NCBI GenBank assembly: GCA_963789735.1
Contig: CAWBLV010000001.1
Coordinates: 85,822 to 149,821, forward strand
Direction: 5' to 3'
From: Candidatus Dormiibacterota bacterium
GTDB lineage: Bacteria > Chloroflexota > Dormibacteria > Aeolococcales > Aeolococcaceae
Length of the DNA: 64,000 bases
Shown here: piece by piece, positions 28,079-37,930 of the stretch
Layout: every line of letters begins with the position of its first letter
Numbering within the stretch: the first letter of the stretch is position 1
Notes under the pieces: generated by a model
Seen by the model: the letters and a program-made list of their open reading frames with translations, nothing else
Databases searched by the model: none
Told to the model about the DNA's origin: nothing
Program-made: the position numbers and the translations under genes

Positions 28079-28188
28079 CTTGCAAGCGCGATGTTGACGC
28101 ATGCCAATTGCTGCAATGGTTGCCCGCCGTACGATGCTGAATACATTGGCCAATACCAGCGGCGACGGCACCGTCGATTGCTTGCAAT
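28079..28188. promoter_or_regulatory. cluster of short palindromes in a lower-GC leader: CTTGCAAG (28079-28086), ATTGC-T-GCAAT (28107-28117), CGACGG-CA-CCGTCG (28163-28176), ATTGC-TT-GCAAT (28177-28188)
   Basis: Read directly from the sequence. By hand count, 28021-28200 is about 52 percent G+C, against roughly two-thirds elsewhere. No binding protein can be assigned. Confidence 0.3.
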
Positions 28189-28700
28189 GAATCCGCCAAA
28201 CGCACAATCCGGCGAGACGTTTCCCGGCGTTGGTGAGCAGCGACGTCAACGCGATGGTCGCGTCTTTGGAGGTGTCCGCTTGCCCGGGTGCCGCACTCCC
28301 GAAGGCCGAAGCGAACACATTCGGTCCCCCGACGCCGGTCGCGCTGTCAATGACGGTTATCGGCCGGCGCTACGAACCATCAGAACCCGGTCGCGATGCC
28401 TTGAGGTCGCGGCCGCCTGCGACGAGCGAGTGACCCGACGGCCACAGAACTCCGAACAACGACGCCGGGCGGAGTATCACGGGAGAACCTGTCCTGGAGG
28501 CTCTGCCCCGGGCCCATTGGGATGGCATCGCGGATCGGGGTCCCGCGGGGGACGAACACATCGCCGAGGTCACCGCTCCGCCCACGCAGGAAGCGGGTCC
28601 CGCCAGTCACCAGTGGCAGCGGCGACCGCTGCTGAGCCTGCTCGTCCGGGCGTCTGTCGTCATCGTTCCGGCCATCGCCGGCATAGCCGCGGGCACTGTC

Positions 28701-30269
28701 GTGAGCCGGTTGCTGCCGAGACCGAATGACTTCGGCGGAGCCGCTCTCTCGTTTGCCGCGGTGAGCCTGGTGATGCTCGTCACCATCATCTCGCTGGAGC
28801 GAGCCGGTCGCCGGTTGCTGCCGCTCGCCGCGCTGCTCAACCTCTCGCTGCTTTTTCCCGATCGAGCACCGAAGCGGTTCGCGGTTGCGCGCCGTGTCGG
28901 CAAGCCGCGCGATCTGCAACGTCAGTTGCGCGAAGCGCATGAGAAAGGTGTGGTCGGCGGCGAGGTCGCGCACATGCAGACAGTGCTGGAACTCGTTGCT
29001 GCACTGAGCGTTCACGATCGCCAGACACGCGGTCATTCCGAGCGCGTGAGGGTGTTTGCGGACCTCATCGCCGACGAGATGAAACTCGCGCCTCCGGATC
29101 GTGCACGACTGCGGTGGGCATCACTCCTGCACGACATCGGCAAGCTCGAGGTTCCCGCCGAGATTCTCTCCAAACCGGCGAAGCTCACCGACGCGGAGAT
29201 GGACAACGTCCGGCGCCATCCCGATGAGGGTGCTCGCCTCATCGGCCCCCTCAACGCGTGGCTCGGTCCCTGGGCGCTTGCAGTCGAACAGCATCACGAG
29301 CGGTTCGACGGACGCGGGTATCCGCGGGGAATCGCCGGCGACCAGATCTCGCTTGCAGGTCGCATCGTCGCAGTTGCCGACTCGTATGAAGTCATGACCG
29401 CCATGCGCCCGTATCGCAAACCGATCGGCGTGTCAGCTGCGCGGCAGGAGCTCGTGCGGTGCTCGGGCGCGCAGTTCGACCCAGTCGTGGTTCGCGCATT
29501 TCTCAACATCTCGATGGGCAGGCTCTGGCGAGTCGTCGGTCTCGGTTCGTGGATCGCGCAACTGCCGTTCATCGGCTGGATCGACCGCCTGGGATGGAAC
29601 TGGGGTGCGGCTATCGTGTCCGGGACCACGGCGATCGGGCTCACGCTTCCGACGTTGCTCCCGAAGGCGACGCCCGCTGCCGCGCCGACACAGGCGATCG
29701 CGGTCGTTTCGACGGGCGGTGCTGCGCCGAAAGGCACTGGGTCAGGAGCAGGTGTTCCCGGTGGCGGGTCGACGAATCACGCTGCGCCCCCGGGTGGCGG
29801 CGCCACCATACCGGGCGGCGGATCACCAGGCTCCGGCGGAACGGTCGGGACCACCGCTGGGAGCGGTCCCGGCCCGTCGCCCGGTGGACCGGCGACGCCC
29901 TCGCCCACCCCGTCTGCGCCGGTGGGCGGTGGAACGCCGTCACCGACGCCGACACCCGCGCCAACGCCGACGCCGCCTCCGGACGAACCGCCTGTCGTCA
30001 CCGTCAAGGCCGGCGGAGTCGCGTTCTTCGGCGCCTTCCACAACGGATCGGGGAGTTTCACGGACGCCGACTACGCGGGTCACACGTTCACCGCGACGGT
30101 GAACTACGGCGACGGCAGCGCGACCATGCCACTGACGCTCAACGGGCATTCATTCAGGCTCTCGCACACGTACGCGACCATCCTCACGGCATACACGATT
30201 ACAGTCATCGTCACCGACAATGACGGCGTTTCGGGGACTGGTTTCACCACAGTTACCGTCGTCGGCTAA
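28701..30269 (+). CDS. HD-GYP domain protein with flanking TM segments, a Pro/Gly/Thr-rich linker and a C-terminal PKD-like domain; the start is uncertain
   Basis: HD-GYP motifs are HSERVRVFADLIA, LLHDIGKLEVP and HHERFDGRGYPRGIAG. The PKD-like end is VNYGDGSA...LSHTYAT...YTITVIVTDNDGVSG. The same frame is open back to 28434 and encodes a further TM helix, but it has no ATG/GTG/TTG before 28701. Confidence 0.8.
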   Translation: MSRLLPRPNDFGGAALSFAAVSLVMLVTIISLERAGRRLLPLAALLNLSLLFPDRAPKRFAVARRVGKPRDLQRQLREAHEKGVVGGEVAHMQTVLELVAALSVHDRQTRGHSERVRVFADLIADEMKLAPPDRARLRWASLLHDIGKLEVPAEILSKPAKLTDAEMDNVRRHPDEGARLIGPLNAWLGPWALAVEQHHERFDGRGYPRGIAGDQISLAGRIVAVADSYEVMTAMRPYRKPIGVSAARQELVRCSGAQFDPVVVRAFLNISMGRLWRVVGLGSWIAQLPFIGWIDRLGWNWGAAIVSGTTAIGLTLPTLLPKATPAAAPTQAIAVVSTGGAAPKGTGSGAGVPGGGSTNHAAPPGGGATIPGGGSPGSGGTVGTTAGSGPGPSPGGPATPSPTPSAPVGGGTPSPTPTPAPTPTPPPDEPPVVTVKAGGVAFFGAFHNGSGSFTDADYAGHTFTATVNYGDGSATMPLTLNGHSFRLSHTYATILTAYTITVIVTDNDGVSGTGFTTVTVVG

Positions 30270-30332
30270 ATGGCAATCGCCATAACGGCAGAACGCATCG
30301 GGATTGGTCCCCGGGACACACTCAGTTGACGG

Positions 30333-30338
30333 TATAAT
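30333..30338 (+). promoter_or_regulatory. TATAAT hexamer, a candidate -10 element for xylA
   Basis: A perfect TATAAT lies 84 nt upstream of the xylA GTG. No convincing -35 element sits at 16-18 nt spacing. Confidence 0.25.
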
Positions 30339-30421
30339 CCGGGTCAGCCCACGCCAATTGCGATCGCTCCGGACAGCTTTGGACGATTTGAGGCTGCTGG
30401 CGGGCCAGTGAGGAGGAAGCC

Positions 30422-31576
30422 GTGCTGCAGGCGACCAACGCCGATCGTTTCTCTTTCGGACTCTGGACCGTCGGATGGCAGGGCGTCGACGTCTTCGGCA
30501 CCGCTGTGCGCGCCCCCCTCGACCCCGAAGTCGCCGTGGCCAAGCTCGCGGAATTGGGCGCGTTCGGCGTGAGCTTTCACGACAACGATGTCTTTCCGTT
30601 TAACGCATCGGTGGCAGACAAGCGCGCGGCCATCGATCGCTTGCGCCGCGCCGTCGACAGTGCAGGGTTGGTCATCCCGATGATCACGACCAACCTGTTC
30701 TCGCACCCGGTGTTTCGCGACGGTGCGTTCACCGCGAACGATCGCGACGTCCGCCGTTTCGCGCTGCGCAAGGTTGCGGACAACCTCGACCTCGCCGCAG
30801 AACTCGGGGCTGGGATCGTCGTGTTCTGGGGCGGCCGCGAGGGTGCGGAATCCGGCGCGGCCAAAGACGTCCGCGCAGCACTCGATCGCTACAAGGAAGC
30901 GTTCGACATTCTCACTGCGTATGTCATCGAGAAGGGCTACGCCATTCGGTTCGCCATCGAGCCCAAGCCGAATGAGCCGCGCGGTGACATTCTGTTGCCG
31001 ACGATCGGTCACGCACTGTCCTTCATCAACGAGCTCGAGCATTCCGAGATGGTCGGCCTCAACCCCGAGGTTGGTCACGAGGAGATGGCGAGCCTGAACT
31101 TCGCGCACGGGCTTGCCCAGGCGCTCTGGCATGGCAAGCTCTTTCACGTCGACCTCAACGGCCAGCACGGACCGCGATACGACCAGGATCTTCGCTTTGG
31201 CGCCGGCAATGCGCGTGGTGCGTTCTGGGCCGTGGATGCGCTGGAGTCCGGTGGCTACACGGGCCCGCGCCATTTCGACTTCAAGCCCCCGCGTACCGAG
31301 GACATGGAAGGGGTCTGGGCAAGTGCCGCAGGCTGTATCCACAATTACCTGTTGCTGCGCGAACGGACTCGCGCGTTCCGGGCTGATCCCGACGTGCAGG
31401 CGGCACGCGTGGCGGCGCGACTCGACGAGCTGGCGCAAACAACGCTCGCTCCTGGCGAGACGCTGGCCGCGATGCGTTCGGAGACCTTCGATGCCGACGC
31501 GCGCGCAGAGCGTGGCATGGCCTTTGAGCAGCTCGATCAGCTCGCCCTTGACTATCTCTACGGCGTTCGTTCCTAG
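30422..31576 (+). CDS. xylA: xylose isomerase (class I, actinobacterial type)
   Basis: Motifs seen are [19 protein letters not shown] and [11 protein letters not shown]. The start is GTG after a GAGGAGGA RBS. Confidence 0.92.
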   Translation: MLQATNADRFSFGLWTVGWQGVDVFGTAVRAPLDPEVAVAKLAELGAFGVSFHDNDVFPFNASVADKRAAIDRLRRAVDSAGLVIPMITTNLFSHPVFRDGAFTANDRDVRRFALRKVADNLDLAAELGAGIVVFWGGREGAESGAAKDVRAALDRYKEAFDILTAYVIEKGYAIRFAIEPKPNEPRGDILLPTIGHALSFINELEHSEMVGLNPEVGHEEMASLNFAHGLAQALWHGKLFHVDLNGQHGPRYDQDLRFGAGNARGAFWAVDALESGGYTGPRHFDFKPPRTEDMEGVWASAAGCIHNYLLLRERTRAFRADPDVQAARVAARLDELAQTTLAPGETLAAMRSETFDADARAERGMAFEQLDQLALDYLYGVRS

Positions 31577-31609
31577 CGCTGTGCCGCGTCTCCCGCATCA
31601 CGCTTCGTC

Positions 31610-33050
31610 ATGAGCTCGGGCGCGCTCGTCGGCATCGATATCGGAACGTCGTCAGCGAAGGGCCTCGCAGTCGATCCCGCAACGGGTCGCGTTCTGGCGA
31701 CGGTCGAATGCGAATACCCGGTGAGCTCGCCGCAGATCGGATGGAGCGAGCAGGATCCCGACGCCTGGTTGCGTGCCGCGCGTGACGTCCTCGCCGGACT
31801 CCGTGTTGCCGCACCGGAAATACTCGGGATCGGCTTCTCCGGTCAGATGCACGGTCTCGTCTGTCTCGATGCGAGTGGAGCAGTGATCCGCCCGGCGATT
31901 CTCTGGAACGATCAGCGATCCGCGCCGCAGTGCGAGGCGATGGAGTCCGGAACCGGAAAAGCGCGATTGCTGCGACTCACCGGGAACCGCGCGCTGCCTG
32001 GTTTCACCGCGCCAAAAGTGTTGTGGATGCGCGAGAACGAGCCCGACGCATATGCGCGTATTCACCGAATCTGCCTCCCCAAGGATTACGTGCGCGACCA
32101 GCTCATCGGCGGCCACCGCAGCGACCTCGCGGATGCGTCCGGAACGCTGCTCCTGAATGTCGCCGAGCGCAGCTGGAGCACGGAACTGCTGAAGGATCTC
32201 GAGATTCCGGTCGCGTGGTTGCCCGAGCTCGCCGAGAGCCCGGATGCCGTTGGGACCCTCGACGGTGTGGCCGTGGCAGCCGGTGCAGGAGATCAGGCCG
32301 CGGCGGCGGTCGGCGCCGGCATCACAGGGCCGGGGCCGCTGTCAGTCGTGCTCGGCACTTCGGGAGTCGTGCTCGCGGCGACCAACGAATATCTCGCGGA
32401 TCGCGAGGGGCGCGTCCACGCCTTCTGCCACGCCGCGCCGGAGCGCTGGATGGTCATGGGCGTGATGCTGTCGGCGGCCGGCTCGCTCGCCTGGTATCAC
32501 GACACCCTCAATCCCGGCATGGATTTCGACGCCCTGCTCGGCGAGGCGGAGAAGCGTTGCGCCGGGATGCGAAGGGCTGACGTTTCTCCCGTATCTCTCC
32601 GGCGAGCGGACCCCGCACGCCGATCCGGACGCGCGCGCTGCGTTCTGCGGCCTGTCGGTCACCCACGGTCGGGGTGCGATCACGCGCTCGGTGCTCGAAG
32701 GCGTCGCCTTTGCGCTCCGCGATTGCCTTGACACCGTGACGGACGCCGGCGCCACGCCGACCCGCGGTCGCGTCTCCGGCGGTGGGTCACGAAGCCGGCT
32801 GTGGCTGCAGATCGTCGCGAGTGCGCTCGAGCTCCCCCTCGAGATCATGGCCACGGACCAGGGATCGGCATTCGGCGCGGCCCTGCTCGGCGGTGTCGCC
32901 GGCGGTGTCTACGCCACGCTCGAGGAGGCGTCGGCGGCGTGCGTGCGCGTCACCGAGGTTGTCGAACCCGTCGATGCCTGGATCGAGCCATATCGCGAGG
33001 CGCGGCGCCGCTTCCGCGAGTACTACCCGGCGCTGCGCTCGGTCAGATAG
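31610..33050 (+). pseudogene. xylB: xylulokinase with an apparent +1 frameshift at about 32555; could be a sequence error
   Basis: The N-terminal FGGY motif is VGIDIGTSSAKG. After LLGEAEK the conserved continuation VAPGCEGLTFLPYLSGERTPHADP...VLEGVAFALRD is in the next frame. The joined length is 3n+1. Confidence 0.85.
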
Positions 33051-33062
33051 CGCTCGTCGAGT

Positions 33063-34280
33063 TCACGCCGAGCGGCGCTCGGTGTACTGCGCCGGCACGA
33101 TGGTCGGCTCGTCGAGCAGCCTGGTCAGCGCCAGTTCCGCCGCGCCGAGGAGCGGGCCGTCGGCACCCAACTGCGTCGGCCGGATCAGGTCGTCGATGTC
33201 GATCGCGGGGGCCATGACCCGGGCTCGAAGTTCCGCTTCCACGATCTCCTCCACCACCGGCCAGATGTTCGCGAGCAGACCGCCGAGGACCACGCGTTGC
33301 GGGTTGAAGACGTTCACGAGCCCGGCGAGCCCGGTGCCGAGCCAGCGCCCGACGTCCTCCACCGCGGCAAGCGCGACGGGATCGCCCCACGCAGCTTTTC
33401 TCAGCAGGCGGGTTACCGCTTCCGGCCGGTAGTTCTTCTCGGCGATGCCGATGCGGCGGAGGATCGCCGGCCCGCCAATCTCCGTCTCCCAGCAGCCGAT
33501 CGCGCCGCAGCGGCAGCGCTCACCGAGCGGGTTCACCTGGAAATGCCCGACCTCGCCGGCGCACCCGGCCGCCCCGACCAGCGGCTGCCCGTCGATGACC
33601 AGGCCGCCGCCGACGCCGACCTCACTCGAGACGTACACGAGGTGGTGCACGCCGACGCCCGCACCCCAGGTGTGCTCCGCCAGGGCACCAAGATCGGCCT
33701 CGTTCGCGATCGTCACGGGGAGGCTCGAGCCGAGGCGGTCGTTGACCAGCCGGCCCAGCGGGACATCGCGCCATCCGAGGTTCGGCGCGAAATGGACGAA
33801 TCCGTCCGCGCGACGAACAACCCCCGCAACAGCGATGCCGAGTCCGGCGACCCAGCAGCCCGACGGGATCGACGCCTGCGCGGTCTTGATGAGCTTGCCC
33901 ACATCTTCGATGGTCTGGTCAGCGGCCAGGCGCCGGGGCTGGTGGGTCACCCGGCTCCGATGCAGAATCCTGCCCCCGAGCCCGACGACTGCCGCCGACA
34001 GCGAGTTGACGGCGATCTCCGCAGTGATCACCGCGGCACCTTCCGGGTTCGGGCGGGCGACCAGCGACGGCCGTCCGGGTGCGCCCAGACGCGCCGGATC
34101 GCCCTCCTCAACAAGCCCGCGCGCGCGAAGATCCGCGATCAGCTCCCCGATTGTGCTCCGCGTCATACCGAGTGAGCCGCCGATCTCCGAGCGCGACAGC
34201 GCCCCCGACTGATGCAACAGGCGGAGCACGAGGCTCAGGTTGTGGCGGCGGACGGATTCCGGCGAGGCCATCGGGCTCAT
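33063..34280 (-). CDS. ROK family transcriptional regulator (XylR-like repressor candidate)
   Basis: The N-terminal wHTH shows RRHNLSLVLRLLHQSGALSRSEIGGSLGMTRSTI. The ROK sugar-kinase-like domain carries the zinc motif CRCGAIGCWE. The start is set at the ATG at 34280. Confidence 0.85.
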   Translation of the reverse strand: MSPMASPESVRRHNLSLVLRLLHQSGALSRSEIGGSLGMTRSTIGELIADLRARGLVEEGDPARLGAPGRPSLVARPNPEGAAVITAEIAVNSLSAAVVGLGGRILHRSRVTHQPRRLAADQTIEDVGKLIKTAQASIPSGCWVAGLGIAVAGVVRRADGFVHFAPNLGWRDVPLGRLVNDRLGSSLPVTIANEADLGALAEHTWGAGVGVHHLVYVSSEVGVGGGLVIDGQPLVGAAGCAGEVGHFQVNPLGERCRCGAIGCWETEIGGPAILRRIGIAEKNYRPEAVTRLLRKAAWGDPVALAAVEDVGRWLGTGLAGLVNVFNPQRVVLGGLLANIWPVVEEIVEAELRARVMAPAIDIDDLIRPTQLGADGPLLGAAELALTRLLDEPTIVPAQYTERRSA

Positions 34281-34389
34281 CGCAACGTGCTCATCAGGTC
34301 GCGGCCTCGGCGCGTCGCCGTGGCGGATCGCGTGTTCATCTGATCGGCGACGCCAACGACCACGAGGCGCGAGACACGATCGTCGCGGG

Positions 34390-35736
34390 TCAGGCTCGTG
34401 GCTGTGCGCCGCGGCGTGAGAGGACGTCGATGACGCCGGCCGCCAGAAGGACGAGCGCCACGACGATGTCGATCCATTCGGAGGTGACTCCGATGAGGAA
34501 AAGGCCGTTGTAGATGCCGCCGATGACCAGGCCGCCGAGCACCCCGTGGATGGTCTTGCCACGACCGCCGAACAGGCTGGTGCCGCCGATGACTGCGGCG
34601 GCGACCGCAAGGAGCACGTACTGGTTGGCGTCCTTGATGACGTTGGTGGTGAGCGACACCTGCCACGAGGCGAACAGGACCCCGGCGATGCCGGCCGTCA
34701 GCGAACCGAGCACGAAGCACCAGGTCCGGATCTTTGGCAGGCTGATGCCGGCTCGACGGGCCGCCTCGGGGTTGCCGCCGATGGCATAGACATAGCGCCC
34801 GAAACGCGTGCGGTCGAGGAGCATCGTCCACGCGACCATCACCACGAGGACGATCGGGATGAGGTATGGAAGGCCGACGATCACCCCGAAGTGGGCTCGG
34901 TTCACGTTGCAGATGGCCACGACGAGTACACCGGCGGCCGCCGCCACGACGATCTTCAGCGCGGTGAGGCTGGCCGGCGGCGCGACGAGACCAGACCGTC
35001 GCCGGCGCGAGTCGCGGAGCCAGACCCAGACGGCGGCGAGGACGCCGACAACAGCCAGCAGGATCCAGCTCGTCAGTGGCGAGAACTTCCCCCAGAAGAG
35101 GTTGTAGACGACGAGCTCGTTGTTGAACCGGGTGTTGCCGAGACTGACGAGGCTGCCGCCCAGGACGATGATCGCCACGCCCTCGAGAATGAGCAGGCCA
35201 CCGAGGGTCACGATGAACGACGGCATTTTGAGCCTCGCGACCATGGTGCCCTGGACGAGTCCGACGGCCGAACAGATGACCAGCGTGACGATGATCGCCA
35301 GCCACCACGGCATGCTCAGGCCTCCCGGTTGCACGAGCTCCGCGACCAGCACGGCGCCGAGACCCATGACGAGCCCGACCGAGAGGTCGATCTCACCGAG
35401 GAGCAGCGCGAAGATCTCGGCCATCGCCAGGAGCATGTAGATGCTGCTCTGCTCGAAGAGGTTCACCAGGTTCTGCGGCGAGAGGAACTTCCCGTTGGCG
35501 AACTGGAAGGCGATGGCGACGATCACGAGACCCAGGAGCACGGGCAGGACGCCGCTGTCGCCGTTGCGAATGCGCTGCACCCATGCACGCATGTACTGAC
35601 CAAGCGTTTGCGCGAGGATCTCCGGCGGCACGTCGGCGTCGGCCGCGGAGCCCTTGGCCGCAGTCAGGTCGACAGTGGGTTCAGGGGTGGGGTCGGCGGT
35701 GGCCACCACCGGTGCGTCGTGCTCTCTCCCATCCAT
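34390..35736 (-). CDS. sugar ABC transporter permease, paralogue 1 (CUT2/XylH-like)
   Basis: A polytopic BPD_transp_2-type protein. Its first 30 codons are identical to paralogue 2 and the remainder has diverged. Confidence 0.85.
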   Translation of the reverse strand: MDGREHDAPVVATADPTPEPTVDLTAAKGSAADADVPPEILAQTLGQYMRAWVQRIRNGDSGVLPVLLGLVIVAIAFQFANGKFLSPQNLVNLFEQSSIYMLLAMAEIFALLLGEIDLSVGLVMGLGAVLVAELVQPGGLSMPWWLAIIVTLVICSAVGLVQGTMVARLKMPSFIVTLGGLLILEGVAIIVLGGSLVSLGNTRFNNELVVYNLFWGKFSPLTSWILLAVVGVLAAVWVWLRDSRRRRSGLVAPPASLTALKIVVAAAAGVLVVAICNVNRAHFGVIVGLPYLIPIVLVVMVAWTMLLDRTRFGRYVYAIGGNPEAARRAGISLPKIRTWCFVLGSLTAGIAGVLFASWQVSLTTNVIKDANQYVLLAVAAAVIGGTSLFGGRGKTIHGVLGGLVIGGIYNGLFLIGVTSEWIDIVVALVLLAAGVIDVLSRRGAQPRA

Positions 35737-36548
35737 GGCTCAGACACTCCCTCCGGCGAGGCCGCCCGGGGCCAGTGCGCGTTCTTTCGAGGCTCCCGTG
35801 GTCATGTACTCGATGACGCTCTGACGGTCGAAGCCGCTCGCCGGCCCCTCCGCGACCATCCGTCCCAGGTGGAGGACCGCGATCCGGTCGGACACCTGGA
35901 AGACGTCATTGAGGTTGTGGGAGATCACCATCACCGCCAGACCACGGTCGCGGAGACGGCGCACCAGGTCGAGGACCATGGCAGTCTGGACCACACCGAG
36001 CGCCGCGGTGGGCTCGTCGAGGAGCACCACCTTGGAGTTCCACATCACCGCCTTGGCGACCGCCACCGACTGGCGTTGCCCGCCGGAGAGCGAAGCCACC
36101 GGCTGGCGGATGGAGCGCACCGTGGTGACCCGCAGGCTGCTGAGCGTCTCCCCTGCCGCGCGCTCCATGGAATCCTCGTCGAGGAGCCCGCGGCGGAGGC
36201 GCTCGCGGCCCAGGAACATGTTCTGGACGATGTCCAGGTTGTCGGCGAGCGCCAGGTCCTGGTAGACGGTCTCGATACCCAGGCCGGCAGCGTCGCGGGT
36301 GGTGCGAATGTGCACCGGACGACCCTCGAAGAAGATCTGCCCGTGGTCGATCTGATGGACCCCGGCGATGCAGCGGGTGAGCACCGACTTGCCGGCGCCG
36401 TTGTCACCGCACAGCCCGGTGACCTGTCCGGCGGGCAGATCGAGGTTCACCTGATAGAGCGCCTGGACCGCACCGAAGTGCTTGTCGATCCCCCGCAGCC
36501 GCAACAGTGGCTCTGACGAGGCACTCGCCGTTGCACTCGCCGCTGCGG
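35646..36548. repeat. direct repeat copy A (903 bp), paired with 37840-38742
   Basis: Base-by-base comparison at offset 2194 found 3 mismatches: 36313 C/T, 36454 A/G and 36514 T/C. Confidence 0.95.
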
Positions 36549-36579
36549 GAGCCGGACTCACGAGTGGCTGCTCAGACAC
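35740..36579 (-). CDS. sugar ABC transporter ATP-binding protein, copy 1 (single NBD)
   Basis: Walker A is GDNGAGKSVL, the signature is LSGGQRQ and Walker B is VVLLDEPTAAL. The GTG start at 36579 overlaps the stop of permease 2 (GTGTCTGA). An alternative GTG lies at 36561. Confidence 0.8.
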   Translation of the reverse strand: MSEQPLVSPAPAAASATASASSEPLLRLRGIDKHFGAVQALYQVNLDLPAGQVTGLCGDNGAGKSVLTRCIAGVHQIDHGQIFFEGRPVHIRTTRDAAGLGIETVYQDLALADNLDIVQNMFLGRERLRRGLLDEDSMERAAGETLSSLRVTTVRSIRQPVASLSGGQRQSVAVAKAVMWNSKVVLLDEPTAALGVVQTAMVLDLVRRLRDRGLAVMVISHNLNDVFQVSDRIAVLHLGRMVAEGPASGFDRQSVIEYMTTGASKERALAPGGLAGGSV

Positions 36580-37930
36580 GGGCGACGCTCCCGGTCCTGG
36601 CTCCACGGCGGGAGAGGACGTCGACCAGCACGGCGATGAGCAGCACGGCACCTGGGAGGATGTATTCGAGCGGCGTGGAGTACTCCCCCAGCGACAGCAG
36701 CGAGACGCCGTACGCGATGCCACCGATGAGCAGGCCGCCGAGGAGGCCGTGGAGTGGCTTGCCCCGCCCGCCGAAGAGGCTCGTGCCGCCGATGACCGCG
36801 GCCGCAACGGAGTAGAGGATCAGCTGGCCGGGGTCGGCGTCGTTGGTGCTGTACTGCCCGTAGAAGAACGAGCCGAGCAGGATGCCGCCGAACCCCGCGG
36901 TTGCCGAGCAGAGGGCGAAGGCGCCGGTGCGCACCAGAGCGAGGTTGACGCCCGCACGACGAGCTGCCTCGGGGTTGCCGCCGATCGCGTAGATGTAGCG
37001 GCCGAACCTGGTGCGCGCCAGGAGCAGCGTCCACAGCCCGACGATGCCGAGGACGATCGGGATGACCTCGGGGACGCCGGATGGAAGGTTCGCGGCACAG
37101 ACGGCGACGACGGCCGCGCCCAGGGCCGCCACGAGGACGATGCGGATCACGATGAGCGAGAGCGGTGGCGCGATCAACCCGGCGCGGCGGCGAGATGCCG
37201 CCCGGCGCAGGAGCACGGCCGCGGCGATCACCACCAGGACCGCCAGGACGATCCAGTCCGCAGTGGGGCTCACGACACCCTGCACGAGGTTGAAGATGAC
37301 CGCCTGATTGGGGACCAGCGGGCTGACCGTGAGCGTTCCGTCCGCGCCGCCCAGGATGATGATGATGATGCCCTGGAAGAGCAGGTACCCGGCCAGCGTG
37401 ACCACGAAGGACGGGATCCTCAGCCGGGCGGCAAGGGTTCCCTGGATGGCCCCGATGAGCGCGCAGCATCCCAACGCCATCAGGATCGCGGCCCACCACG
37501 GCCACTTGGGCCCGGGATCCTGCTGGACCAGCTTGAACGCGATCGTCCCGCCGAGCAGCGCGACCGAGCCGATGGAAAGATCGATCTCACCAAGGAGCAG
37601 CACGGCGATCTCGGCGGTCGCCAGCACCATGTACACGGTGCTCAAGGCGAAGATGTACACGAGGTTGCTGGGCCGGAGGTAGGCGTTCTCCGGCGTGATG
37701 ATCTCGAAGACGATGGCGACGATCACGATGCCGACCATCACGGGCAGGACGCCGCTGTCGCCGCTGCGAATGCGCTGCACCCATGCGCGCAGGTATTGCC
37801 CCAGGGACTGGCCGACGACGAGCGCCGGCAATACGTCTTCGGAGCCCTTGGCCGCAGTCAGGTCGACAGTGGGTTCAGGGGTGGGGTCGGCGGTGGCCAC
37901 CACCGGTGCGTCGTGCTCTCTCCCATCCAT
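36572..37930 (-). CDS. sugar ABC transporter permease, paralogue 2
   Basis: It has the same architecture as paralogue 1. After the shared 30-residue N-terminus, roughly half of the positions match by eye. Confidence 0.85.
   Translation of the reverse strand: MDGREHDAPVVATADPTPEPTVDLTAAKGSEDVLPALVVGQSLGQYLRAWVQRIRSGDSGVLPVMVGIVIVAIVFEIITPENAYLRPSNLVYIFALSTVYMVLATAEIAVLLLGEIDLSIGSVALLGGTIAFKLVQQDPGPKWPWWAAILMALGCCALIGAIQGTLAARLRIPSFVVTLAGYLLFQGIIIIILGGADGTLTVSPLVPNQAVIFNLVQGVVSPTADWIVLAVLVVIAAAVLLRRAASRRRAGLIAPPLSLIVIRIVLVAALGAAVVAVCAANLPSGVPEVIPIVLGIVGLWTLLLARTRFGRYIYAIGGNPEAARRAGVNLALVRTGAFALCSATAGFGGILLGSFFYGQYSTNDADPGQLILYSVAAAVIGGTSLFGGRGKPLHGLLGGLLIGGIAYGVSLLSLGEYSTPLEYILPGAVLLIAVLVDVLSRRGARTGSVARV

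Noticed and set aside
27925-28100. A PHO-box (PhoP direct repeats) upstream of the DUF47-pit operon.
   Set aside because: Only a single GTTCTTGCCCC-like unit is present, without a second 11-nt direct repeat. This is not enough to call.
28190-28260. Possible c-di-GMP riboswitch ahead of the HD-GYP gene, prompted by AAACGCACAATCC, which resembles part of GEMM-I.
   Set aside because: Only a heptamer-scale match is present. I could not build the two tetraloop/receptor helices by eye. It needs a covariance-model scan before any claim.
28431-28433. Possible selenocysteine (or read-through) codon: an in-frame TGA between two coding-like stretches upstream of the HD-GYP gene, in a genome that has Sec machinery.
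   Set aside because: There is no redox-type context (no Cys or C-x-x-U motif) around it. Only a weak 6-bp hairpin (ACTCCG...CGGAGT) lies downstream, rather than a convincing SECIS element. A substitution error or a simple non-coding leader is more likely. It is kept only as part of the leader finding.
30324-30338. TTGACG immediately followed by TATAAT upstream of xylA as a -35/-10 pair.
   Set aside because: The two hexamers are separated by 3 nt, so they cannot act together. Only the TATAAT is kept, as a low-confidence -10.
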